Position numbers and translations under genes: made by a program. DNA of 39,834 nt from Acidobacteriota bacterium (GTDB lineage Bacteria > Acidobacteriota > UBA4820 > DSQY01), in NCBI GenBank assembly GCA_040758175.1, contig JBFLVU010000002.1, positions 1 through 39,834 of the forward strand, read 5' to 3'. How positions within the stretch are numbered: position 1 is the stretch's first letter; every line of letters begins with the position of its first letter. Positions 20,707 through 28,531 of this stretch are shown one piece after another. The notes under the pieces are model-generated. The model saw only the letters and a program-made list of their open reading frames with translations. It was not told the DNA's origin and did not search any database.

Positions 20707-21074
20707 TCTCCGTCCGTTACCGAAAGGTCGTCCTTCGTGTCCCACTGCTGGTCCGGGCCGGCGGACGCGAGGGTGAACCGCATCCCCTCCCCGCTGTAGC
20801 GGACGGGGTTCCCCCATGGGTCGGTGACCGGCGCCGAGCGAATGCCCGCCGCCAGGAGAGCCTGTCCACCCTCGCCCAGCGGAACGTGGCCGTTCTCTCT
20901 CGCGTAGGCCCGGATCTCCTGCGCCGTGGCGTCCAGCGTGAGCCGGAAGGCGCCGCGGATGGGGGGGCCGGGGTTGAGCCCGGCGGGCATCTCCGTTCCC
21001 GAGTCCCCGCAGGAAAGCAGGGCGGCGGACGTGATCGCGCAGGCGGCGGCGAGGAGGAGTGGGGTCGCTTTCAT
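20703..21074 (-). CDS. Lipoprotein with GspG-like (pseudopilin globular) domain, 123 aa
   Basis: Trimmed from 21797 to the ATG at 21074. MKATPLLLAAACAITSAALLSCG has a signal peptide and lipobox (LSC). IRAYARENGHVP...DPWGNPVRYSGEGMRFTLASAGPDQQWDTKDDL matches the T2SS GspG C-terminal pattern. Its stop overlaps the hutH start (ATGA). Confidence 0.65.
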   Translation of the reverse strand: MKATPLLLAAACAITSAALLSCGDSGTEMPAGLNPGPPIRGAFRLTLDATAQEIRAYARENGHVPLGEGGQALLAAGIRSAPVTDPWGNPVRYSGEGMRFTLASAGPDQQWDTKDDLSVTDGE

Positions 21075-21100
21075 CCAAGACTCCTGTCTTGCTCCGGAAC

Positions 21101-22297
21101 TCAGCCCTTCCGCCCGGCGGTCGCGGTGCGGAAGGCCTCGAATCCCGTGATCTCGGCTCCGACAGCCAGCTTGTGGATGTCGTGGGTTCCTTCGTAAGTA
21201 TAGACGCTCTCCAGGTTCTGCATGTGCCGCATGGCGCAGTACTCGTCCAGGATTCCGCTGGCGCCCTCGATGTCCCTCGCCATCCGGGCGCACTCCCTGG
21301 CCATGGAGACGCAGTTCATCTTCGCCAGGCTGACCTGGGTGTGGCGCATCTTGCCCTCGTCCTTTATGCGTCCGAGACGCCAGACGAGAAGCTGGGCCTT
21401 GGTGATTTCGTTCAGCATCCAGACGAGCTTGTCTTGGACGAGCTGGAAGCGGGCGATGGGGCCGTCGAACATGATCCGGGTCCCGGCGTACGCCAGGGCC
21501 TCTTCGTAGCAGGCCATGGCGGCCCCTACGGCCCCCCACGAGATCCCGTAACGCGCTTGGGTGAGGCAGGAAAGGGGTCCCCTGAGTCCCTTCACCCCGG
21601 GGAGGCGGTTCGCCTCGGGAACGGCCACGTTCTCGAGGATCAGTTCCGCCGTCACGGAGGCGCGGAGGGACAGCTTCCCTTTGATTTCCCGCGCCGAGAG
21701 CCCGGGCGTTCCGCGGTCCACCAAAAACCCCTGGATGCCCTCGTCGGTCTTGGCCCACACGACGGCCACGTCGGCGATGGTTCCGTTGGTGATCCACATC
21801 TTGGTCCCGTTAAGAACCCAATCGCCGCCCCGCCGGAGGGCGCGCGTCCTCATGGACCCGGGATCGCTCCCCGCGTCGGGCTCCGTCAGCCCGTAGCACC
21901 CCACTCGCTCCCCCCGGGCCAGCGCAGGCAGATAGCGGCGCCGTTGCTCCTCGGTCCCGTAGGCGTGGATGGGAAACATGACGAGGGAGCTCTGGACGGA
22001 GGCAAAGGATCTCAGCGCCGAGTCGCCCCGCTCCAGTTCCTGCATGATCAGTCCGCCGGCGACGCTGTTCATGCCCGCCCCGCCGTAGGCCTCCGGAAGC
22101 GTCGCGCCGAACAACCCGAGGGAAGCCATCTCCGGGACGAGGTCCGTCGGAAAGGTCCCCTCCTGGTAATGACGGGAAATGACGGGGAGGACCTTCTCCT
22201 CCACCCACGAACGGACGGTATCGCGAACCATCCGCTCCTCCTGGGTCAGAAGGTCCGAGACGCCGTAGTAGTCCACGCCCTGAAATCGAGACGCCAT
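21101..22297 (-). CDS. gcdH: Glutaryl-CoA dehydrogenase (acyl-CoA dehydrogenase family)
   Basis: Trimmed to the ATG at 22297 with GGAGGA upstream. SVQSSLVMFPIHAYGTEEQRRRYLPALARGERVGCYGLTEPDAGSDPGSM...KMWITNG...SLRASVT...YEGTHDIHKLAVGAEITGFEAF aligns closely to my recollection of GcdH sequences. Confidence 0.88.
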   Translation of the reverse strand: MASRFQGVDYYGVSDLLTQEERMVRDTVRSWVEEKVLPVISRHYQEGTFPTDLVPEMASLGLFGATLPEAYGGAGMNSVAGGLIMQELERGDSALRSFASVQSSLVMFPIHAYGTEEQRRRYLPALARGERVGCYGLTEPDAGSDPGSMRTRALRRGGDWVLNGTKMWITNGTIADVAVVWAKTDEGIQGFLVDRGTPGLSAREIKGKLSLRASVTAELILENVAVPEANRLPGVKGLRGPLSCLTQARYGISWGAVGAAMACYEEALAYAGTRIMFDGPIARFQLVQDKLVWMLNEITKAQLLVWRLGRIKDEGKMRHTQVSLAKMNCVSMARECARMARDIEGASGILDEYCAMRHMQNLESVYTYEGTHDIHKLAVGAEITGFEAFRTATAGRKG

Positions 22298-22346
22298 GCA
22301 TCCTCCGAAACGCAAACAGGAGCGGCCCCCGAGAGGACCGCCCCTT

Positions 22347-22355
22347 ATTTTACCA
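22347..22355 (-). promoter_or_regulatory. Candidate extended -10 promoter element (TGGTAAAAT) upstream of gcdH
   Basis: The minus strand reads TGGTAAAAT (TGn + TAAAAT) about 50 nt upstream of the gcdH ATG (22297), in the only AT-rich patch of this intergenic region. No good -35. Confidence 0.3.
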
Positions 22356-22396
22356 AACAATAGGCCTCCGGCCTCTCTTCCCCCCCCTCGGGGCGC

Positions 22397-23098
22397 CTAT
22401 TCGGCCCTGGGGGCGGCCGCGGCCTCGGGCGAGGGTTTCGCGCCCTTGCGCCGGGCGGGGGACTTCACTGCCTTCAGGGCCTGGACTGCCGGCTTGGACC
22501 GGCGGGCCTTCGGCCGAGCCGGCTGGCGACCCTTCGCCTTCGCCTTCTTGGTGACCGTACGCTTCGGCCTTCGCCCCGTGAGGATTTTGCCCGTCGGAAC
22601 GGCGGCGCGCTCCCCCGCCTCCGTCAGTGCCCAGAGGCCCCGGCGAGAACCGGGAACGACCAACCCCTCCTCCTGGAGGGAGCGGAAATGCTGGCGCCCC
22701 GTCGGCGGAACCGGCAACCCCTGCGCCAGGAAACAGGCCTGGACGTGGGCGTCCGCCACCTCCCTCAGACCCTGGCCGCACCAAAACTGAAGGTAGGCCA
22801 GGTAGCGTGCCTTGTTGCTGTTTGGCTTTCTCCCTCCCACGGATTTGGAGAGGGCCTTCTTGTCAATTTCCGGGACCTCGTACTTGCCCTTTCGAGGCCC
22901 TTCCTTCTTCGGCGGGCGCTTTTTGATCGAGCCGCCGAGCCTTCGCTCCTTGGATCGAGCCTTCGCCGGAGGCGGGGGTTCGATTTCCCCCTCCGACAGA
23001 AACGCCTCCAGGTAGGATTCTACGAACGCCTGGTCCCCCTCGATGTCCAACTCGAACTCGCCGTGCCGGATGTGGATGCGATACGACTTTTCGGCCAT
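22397..23098 (-). CDS. Hypothetical DNA-binding-like protein: small N-terminal domain, winged-helix-like core, lysine/arginine/alanine/proline-rich C-terminal tail (233 aa)
   Basis: Trimmed to the ATG at 23098 with GGAGA upstream. MAEKSYRIHIRHGEFELDIEGDQAFVESYLEAF...; LQEEGLVVPGSRRGLWALTEAGERA (wHTH-like wing); tail GRRPKRTVTKKAKAKGRQPARPKARRSKPAVQALKAVKSPARRKGAKPSPE. Confidence 0.65.
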   Translation of the reverse strand: MAEKSYRIHIRHGEFELDIEGDQAFVESYLEAFLSEGEIEPPPPAKARSKERRLGGSIKKRPPKKEGPRKGKYEVPEIDKKALSKSVGGRKPNSNKARYLAYLQFWCGQGLREVADAHVQACFLAQGLPVPPTGRQHFRSLQEEGLVVPGSRRGLWALTEAGERAAVPTGKILTGRRPKRTVTKKAKAKGRQPARPKARRSKPAVQALKAVKSPARRKGAKPSPEAAAAPRAE

Positions 23099-23145
23099 TG
23101 TCTGGTCTCCATTCGGCTCCTGGGTCGCCGTTCGTATTCTACTCA

Positions 23146-23174
23146 AAGGTAGATCGCGCACGGAAGTTTGTCAA
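23146..23174 (-). promoter_or_regulatory. Candidate sigma-70-type promoter for the 22397..23098 gene
   Basis: The minus strand reads TTGACA (23174..23169), a 17-nt spacer, then TACCTT (23151..23146), about 48 nt upstream of the ATG. It lies in a locally AT-richer intergenic patch. Confidence 0.3.
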
Positions 23175-23237
23175 CCGAATCGGTGCGGGACCCGGGGCGT
23201 TAGCGAAACCGCCTCCAGAGCGCGGATCGGCTCCGCA

Positions 23238-23792
23238 TCAGCCCTTTCGGCGGAATGTCCCCACGGCGAGAACCATTGTTACCTTCAGGGCCTCACCGGG
23301 AAGAAACGGGGCCACCCCCATCAGAAAGGCCTTCCACGGCGATAGGCCAAGCAAGACTCCCAGCCAGAGGGCCCCCGCTCCAAGGATCAGGGCGTCCGCC
23401 GCGGCGAGGGCGAACAGCCGAGGCGCGGCCTTCTCCGAGCGCCGCCAGAGGGTTCCCGTGAGGACCGCGGCCAGGGGGAATGCCCAGAGGTATCCCGCCG
23501 TGGGCCCGAAGAGGTGGGCGGAGCCGGCCGCGGCTCCCGCGAAGGCCGCCCATCCTGCTCCTCCCAGCCCCAGGTAGGCGCACTGCGTTCCGAGGGACCA
23601 GCCTCGACCGAGCAGGACCCCGGAGAGGAGGACAAAAAAGGTTTGAAGGGTCAGCGGGACCGGCGTGAACGGGAGGGGAACGGCCACGTAGGCGCCGAGA
23701 AAGGTGGTCAGGACGAGGAAGAGGGAGAGGGCGGCCCGCTCGAAGATGGGGCCCGCCACGGGGACGGTCAGGGTTCGGATCACGCGCTCCAC
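23238..23792 (-). CDS. bioY: Biotin transporter S-component BioY
   Basis: AALSLFLVLTTFLGAYVAVPLPFTPVPLTLQTFFVLLSGVLLG...HLFGPTAGYLWAFPLAA...APFLPGEALK is the BioY signature. GTG at 23792 is chosen because AAGGAGGAG lies 3-5 nt upstream and third-position G/C rises sharply after it. The alternative ATG is at 23846. Confidence 0.85.
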   Translation of the reverse strand: MERVIRTLTVPVAGPIFERAALSLFLVLTTFLGAYVAVPLPFTPVPLTLQTFFVLLSGVLLGRGWSLGTQCAYLGLGGAGWAAFAGAAAGSAHLFGPTAGYLWAFPLAAVLTGTLWRRSEKAAPRLFALAAADALILGAGALWLGVLLGLSPWKAFLMGVAPFLPGEALKVTMVLAVGTFRRKG

Positions 23793-23828
23793 GGTCTCCT
23801 CCTTCGGCGCCCCTTTTGGGGCGATCGC

Positions 23829-23849
23829 AGAATGATTGTACACCATTCT
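23829..23849 (-). promoter_or_regulatory. AT-rich inverted repeat with embedded TACAAT, candidate promoter/operator upstream of bioY
   Basis: The plus strand reads AGAATG-ATTGTACAC-CATTCT, with 6-nt arms that are exact reverse complements and a TGTACA core. The minus strand contains TACAAT about 42 nt upstream of the proposed bioY GTG. Confidence 0.3.
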
Positions 23850-23893
23850 CTCGGGCGTCGGCTTCAAGGCTCCCCGGGGGCGCCGCCTCCGGG

Positions 23894-25933
23894 TCAGCCC
23901 TCCGCACCCTCGAACCGAGGGGACGCGAACTGCGTGTGGTAGAGGTGGGCGTAAAGGCCTCCACTTTCGAGAAGCTCCGCGTGGGTCCCCCGCTCCGCGA
24001 TCCTCCCCTTGTGAAGAACCAGGATCTGGTCCGCGTCCTGGACGGTGGACAGGCGGTGGGCCACGACCAGGGCCGTCCGGCCCTTCAGGAGTTCCCCAAG
24101 GGCCTCCTGAATGAGGGACTCCGTCTTCGAATCCACGCTGGCCGTGGCCTCGTCCAGAACCAGGATGCGGGGCTCGGCCACGAGGGCCCGGCAGAAGGAA
24201 ACGAGCTGCCGCTCTCCCTGGGAGAGGACCGTCCCCCGTTCGTTGACCGAGAAATCCAGTCCCCCGGCGAGGCGCTCGACCACGGCGCCCATCCGGCTCG
24301 CGCCGAGGGCCGCATTGAGGCGATCCTCCGTCACCTCTTCCCTCAGGGTGACGTTTTCCCGCAGACTGCCGGCGAAGAGGAAGAGATCCTGTTGGACGAA
24401 GGCGAACCGCCGGCGGAGGGCGTGCACGTCCCACCCCTCCACGGGATGATCGTCCACCAGGATCCTTCCTCCCCCCTCCGGGAGGGGGTAGAAGCGCAGG
24501 AGGAGGGAGGTGAGGGTCGTCTTTCCCGATCCAGTGGGCCCTACGAGAGCCACGGTGCTTCCGCCGGGAACCTCGAAGGACACGTTTTTAAGGACCGGCT
24601 GCCCCTCCTCGTACGCAAAGGAGACGTTTTCGAAGACGATCGCCCCTCCGCCCTCCCCGGGAACGACGCCGCGACCCGGGTCCTCCTCGGGAGTATCCAG
24701 AATGCGGAAGAGGCGTTCGCTGGCCACCACGCTGCTCTGGATGATGTTGAACTTCTCCGCGAGGTCCTGCAGGGGCATGAAGAGCATCTTGAGGTAGATC
24801 AAGAAGGCCACGAGGGTTCCGATGCTCGCCCCTCCTCCAAGCACCTGCAGCCCTGCGTAGCCGACGACGAGGGCCACGGCAGCCGTGGCGAAGGCGTCGA
24901 TGAGAGGACGGAAGATCGCAAAAATGTAAATGAGGCGCATCTGAGTCCGGTAGTTCTCCGCACCGAGGTCGTGGAAGCGTTTCGAGGCACGCGCCTCGGC
25001 CGTGAAGGCCTTGAGGACGGAAACGCCTTGGACCGCCTCCTGGAGGAAGGTGTTGAGGCGCGCCAGCTGGACCCGCAGCTCGCGGTAGATCCTCTGGGAC
25101 CTCGATTTGAACCAAAGCGCCAGGAGGAACAGCGGTGGGGCGAGGAGCAGAAGGCGGGCCGCCAGACCTGCGTCCAGCGAGAAGAGGACCGCGAGGATTC
25201 CCGCGAAGAGTGCCACGTCGCTCACCGCCGTCGCCACAACCGAGGTGAAGAGTTCCGAGAGCGCCGCCGTGTCGTTCGTGAGCCGGGTGACCAGGCGCCC
25301 TACGGGGTTCTCGTCGAAGAACCTCACCGGAAGGCGGTGAAGGTGGGCGAAGAGTTCCCGCCGCATGCTCGCCACGGCCCTTTGTCCCAGATCATTCAGG
25401 CCGTACGTCACGCCGTAGCTGAGGAAGAAGTTCGCGACCAGAAGCCCCGCGTACAGGACCGCCAGAAGCAGCAGGCCCTCTCGCTGACCCTGAAGGACCT
25501 CCTTTCTGGCCTCGGGGTCCAGGGCGCCGAGTTCGGCCTCCGAGACGAATGCCCCCGAGGGAAGGCGGTGGTACCGCTCAGCGGTCAGAAGCCCGCGGAC
25601 CTTGAGCTCCTCGGAAAGAGCGCGCGGCAGATCCGCCGCCTCGACGAACGTCGCCTCTCCGACCTCCTCCGTGGCCCCCTTCGCCTCCCGCCTCAGGCGG
25701 AGCAGGAGGCCTTCGTCATCCGTTCGCACGGCCGCGTACGGGGGGAGGATGTGGGCATCCAGGCCCCTCCTGACGAGAAGCGGCAGCGAAAGCTCCACCC
25801 CGGCCTGGACGACCGAGACGGCCATGCAGACCCAGAGGAGCCAGGCCCGGCCCCGAACGTATCCCATGATGCGGGACCCGTGCCGTACGAGGGTGAAGGC
25901 CCCGAGTTTTTCCTCCTCGCGCCTCACCGCCAT
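23894..25933 (-). CDS. ABC exporter, fused permease/ATPase subunit (MsbA/MdlB-like), 679 aa
   Basis: Six-TM exporter domain, then Walker A GPTGSGKTT, signature LSQGERQ and Walker B ILVLDEATASVD. Carries a ~95-aa insertion between TM1 and TM2. Confidence 0.9.
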   Translation of the reverse strand: MAVRREEEKLGAFTLVRHGSRIMGYVRGRAWLLWVCMAVSVVQAGVELSLPLLVRRGLDAHILPPYAAVRTDDEGLLLRLRREAKGATEEVGEATFVEAADLPRALSEELKVRGLLTAERYHRLPSGAFVSEAELGALDPEARKEVLQGQREGLLLLAVLYAGLLVANFFLSYGVTYGLNDLGQRAVASMRRELFAHLHRLPVRFFDENPVGRLVTRLTNDTAALSELFTSVVATAVSDVALFAGILAVLFSLDAGLAARLLLLAPPLFLLALWFKSRSQRIYRELRVQLARLNTFLQEAVQGVSVLKAFTAEARASKRFHDLGAENYRTQMRLIYIFAIFRPLIDAFATAAVALVVGYAGLQVLGGGASIGTLVAFLIYLKMLFMPLQDLAEKFNIIQSSVVASERLFRILDTPEEDPGRGVVPGEGGGAIVFENVSFAYEEGQPVLKNVSFEVPGGSTVALVGPTGSGKTTLTSLLLRFYPLPEGGGRILVDDHPVEGWDVHALRRRFAFVQQDLFLFAGSLRENVTLREEVTEDRLNAALGASRMGAVVERLAGGLDFSVNERGTVLSQGERQLVSFCRALVAEPRILVLDEATASVDSKTESLIQEALGELLKGRTALVVAHRLSTVQDADQILVLHKGRIAERGTHAELLESGGLYAHLYHTQFASPRFEGAEG

Positions 25934-25961
25934 GGACCTTCCTCCAGGGCCCAGCGCCGCC

Positions 25962-27728
25962 TCATTCCCTCTCCATTTCCTGGAGTTCCACCATGTCCCG
26001 GTAGTACCCCTCTCGGTCCATGAGGTCGTCGTGGCGCCCCACTTGGACCACCCGGCCTTCCCGGAGGACGAGGATCAGGTCCAGGTCGCGCACGGCGCTC
26101 ATCCGGTGGCTCACCACGACGAGCGTACGGTCGCGGACCGCTTCGGCCATCCCCGCGAGGATCCGCCTCTCCGTATCGGCGTCCACGGCCGAGAGGGTGT
26201 CGTCCAGAACCAGGACGCTGGAGGGCTTCAGCAGGGCCCTCGCGAGGCAGAGCCGCTGTTTCTGGCCCCCCGAGAGGGTGATGCCCCGCTCGCCGAGGAG
26301 CGTGTCGTAGCCGTCGGGAAAGGCGGCCACTTCCTCGTGAAGGGCGGAGAGCCGGCAGGACTCCTCCATTTCCCCGCGCGTCGCGTCCTCCTTCCCCAAC
26401 CGGAGGTTCTCCGCGATGGTGTCGCTGAACAGAAAGGGCTCCTGGGGCACGTAGGCGATGGCTCGGCGGAGGTTCTCCGGATTCAAGCCCGCCACATCCT
26501 CCCCGTCCAGAAAAAGCGTTCCCTCGGGGGGCTCGTGAAGCCGGAGGAGGAGTTGGGCGAGCGTGCTCTTGCCTGATCCCACCTCGCCCACCAAGCCCAG
26601 GGAGCCTCCCGGCGAGACGGCAAAGCACACGTCTCGGAGAGCGGGCCCCCCGGCCCCGGGGAAAGCGAAGGTAAGGCCCCTCGCCTCCAGTCCGCCCCGG
26701 CGCCCCTCGCCGGAGGGCACCGGGCGTCCCGACCCCTCCGCGTCGCGCTCGGCGAAGAGTCCGTTGATGCGGTCCATGGATGCGGCGGCCCGCTGGGTAA
26801 GGCTGAGCATCCACCCCGCCGCGATCATCGGCCAGGTGAGCATGCCGAGGTAGGAGGCAAAGGCCACGAAGGAGCCCACGGACGTGTTCCCCGAGAGGAC
26901 ACGGCCGCCGCCCACGGCCAGCAGGATCGCCACGCAGGAACCGGCCAGGAGGAGGACGGCGGGGTGGAAGACGGCGTCCACCCGCACGTACTTCAGGGTC
27001 TTGGCGAAGACGTCCGCGTTGTACCGCTCGAAGTCCGCGAGGTCGGAGTGCCCTCGGTCGTAGGCCCTCAGCACGCGCATCCCGGCCACCGATTCCCGGG
27101 TCTTCTCCGTCAGGGCCTCGAAGGATGCCTGGACCGCGTCCCACCGGTCGTAGATGGCCTTCAGCGACACCGCCATGAGCCCCGCGAGGAAGGGAAGGGG
27201 CAGGATGGTCCACAACGCCAGAACGGGGTCTAGGAAGAGCATCGCTCCGATGGCGACGAGGGCGTACACCGAGGCGTCGAAGCCCGCGACGAACCCCATG
27301 GCGAGGGCCTGGCGCACCGACTCGACGTCGTTGCTGGCTAGGGCCAGGAACTCCCCGGTCCGGGTCCGCTGGAAAAACCGTGTGGACAAGGTCAGCGCGT
27401 GGTCGAGGATCCGGTTCCTGAGGTCCAGCTCCGCCTGGCGCGCCAGGGAAAAGAAGAAGTGCCTCCAGAGGAACCGGAACAGGGCGATGACCAGCGCGAG
27501 AAGGAGGAGGAGGAAAGAGCCCCGGAGGATGATCCCGCGCGTGGCGGCGCCGCGGGCCAGGCCGTCCACGACGTGCCTGACGACCAGCGGGATCGCGAGC
27601 TGGGCCCCGTCCACCACGAGAAGGCAGAGGATTCCCAGGGCGGCGCGGGCGCGGTGCCGCCACAGGATGGCCAGGATGTCCCGGACTCCCTTCTTCACGG
27701 CGCACTCCGGCGGTCCATCATAGTCCAT
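25962..27728 (-). CDS. ABC exporter, fused permease/ATPase subunit (partner of 23894..25933), 588 aa
   Basis: Trimmed from 28169 to the ATG at 27728 (MDYDGPPECAVKKGVRDILAILWRHRARAALGILCLLVV...). Walker A GEVGSGKST, signature LSGGQKQR and Walker B VLVLDDTLSAVD are present. Its stop lies 28 nt before the partner start. Confidence 0.9.
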   Translation of the reverse strand: MDYDGPPECAVKKGVRDILAILWRHRARAALGILCLLVVDGAQLAIPLVVRHVVDGLARGAATRGIILRGSFLLLLLALVIALFRFLWRHFFFSLARQAELDLRNRILDHALTLSTRFFQRTRTGEFLALASNDVESVRQALAMGFVAGFDASVYALVAIGAMLFLDPVLALWTILPLPFLAGLMAVSLKAIYDRWDAVQASFEALTEKTRESVAGMRVLRAYDRGHSDLADFERYNADVFAKTLKYVRVDAVFHPAVLLLAGSCVAILLAVGGGRVLSGNTSVGSFVAFASYLGMLTWPMIAAGWMLSLTQRAAASMDRINGLFAERDAEGSGRPVPSGEGRRGGLEARGLTFAFPGAGGPALRDVCFAVSPGGSLGLVGEVGSGKSTLAQLLLRLHEPPEGTLFLDGEDVAGLNPENLRRAIAYVPQEPFLFSDTIAENLRLGKEDATRGEMEESCRLSALHEEVAAFPDGYDTLLGERGITLSGGQKQRLCLARALLKPSSVLVLDDTLSAVDADTERRILAGMAEAVRDRTLVVVSHRMSAVRDLDLILVLREGRVVQVGRHDDLMDREGYYRDMVELQEMERE

Positions 27729-27781
27729 TGGGAACGCCGTGGGGTGAGCGGATTGTTCCAGGGGGGAGCGCCCCGCCCAGA

Positions 27782-28507
27782 TTACTTGGCCATCTTGTCG
27801 GAGGAGCCCTGCTTCAAAGGTCCTTGCGGCGGGGGGATCACGAGGGGCGAAAAGAACCACTCGCTGTACTTCGACGCGCCGCGGTACTCCACGAAGGAGC
27901 GGTCCTCGAGGCGGCAGTACACTCCCAGAATGGGCTGGCCCTCTTTTCCGTCGATCCGGAAGGGGAGAACCTTGTTTTTTCCTCCGGGAGGACCCTGCCC
28001 CCCCCGTCCTGCGCCCGTCGTCCCTCCCGTCCCTCTCGAGGCCCCCGAGCCCTGGGGCGGCGCGGTCGTGGTGCCGGCGCGTGTGGCGGTTCCCCCCTGG
28101 GGCGTGTACACGGTCTTCCCGTTCTCGTCCACGGAGACCACCGTCGTGCCGGGAGCCAGGAGCGACCACTTGCCTTCGGGGTCGAAGGGGTTACGGTAGA
28201 GCCGGCGGATGTACCGCCTGCGCTTGGGGCCCTCCTTGAGGAGGTCCTCCAGCCGCGTCGGGAAAGTCCCCGCGTGTTCGGTCTGGTACAGACGAATGGC
28301 TTCCGTGTACTCCTCGCCCCGGAAGATCAGTTCCTGCTCGTTCTCGCGCTTGGCCACGATGGAGGCCGGCTGGACGGCGGCCATGAGCATGACGGCCAGG
28401 ATGAAGAGCCCCACGAGAACCCAGATGAAGACCACGCCGCGCTCGCCACTGGCCCGGGTGGCGGCGGACGTCGATTCCGGTCTTCCATCACTCCCGAAGA
28501 GGTGCAC
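27782..28507 (-). CDS. Atypical pseudopilin-like protein (no Glu at +5), 241 aa
   Basis: GTG start with AGGAGAAGGGAG upstream. N-terminus ...ASGERG/VVFIWVLVGLFILAVMLMAAV resembles a prepilin helix. YTEAIRLYQTEHAGTFPTRLEDLL is a GspG-like motif. Gly/Thr-rich stretch, then KYSEW shared with the two neighbouring pseudopilins. Confidence 0.6.
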   Translation of the reverse strand: MHLFGSDGRPESTSAATRASGERGVVFIWVLVGLFILAVMLMAAVQPASIVAKRENEQELIFRGEEYTEAIRLYQTEHAGTFPTRLEDLLKEGPKRRRYIRRLYRNPFDPEGKWSLLAPGTTVVSVDENGKTVYTPQGGTATRAGTTTAPPQGSGASRGTGGTTGAGRGGQGPPGGKNKVLPFRIDGKEGQPILGVYCRLEDRSFVEYRGASKYSEWFFSPLVIPPPQGPLKQGSSDKMAK

Positions 28508-28531
28508 CGTGTACTCCCTTCTCCTCAGGTC

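Noticed and set aside
20707-21078. N-terminal extensions of track ORFs: hutH from 21078, 1545..2948, 1112..1732, 25962..28169, 37685..38851, 38368..39342, 17014..18384, 21101..22360, 22397..23161
   Set aside because: The extended parts overlap the neighbouring upstream gene and are Arg/Gly/Pro-rich. They precede internal starts that have Shine-Dalgarno sequences and match full-length family N-termini, so the genes were trimmed.
22321-22373. Hairpin-like GC segments followed by TTATTTT on the plus strand, and GGCC-GGA-GGCC followed by UAUUGUUUGG on the minus strand; considered as intrinsic terminators
   Set aside because: No plus-strand gene ends upstream. The stems are only 4 bp or imperfect with bulges, and the minus-strand U-tract is interrupted. 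The AT-rich patch is better explained as the gcdH promoter region.
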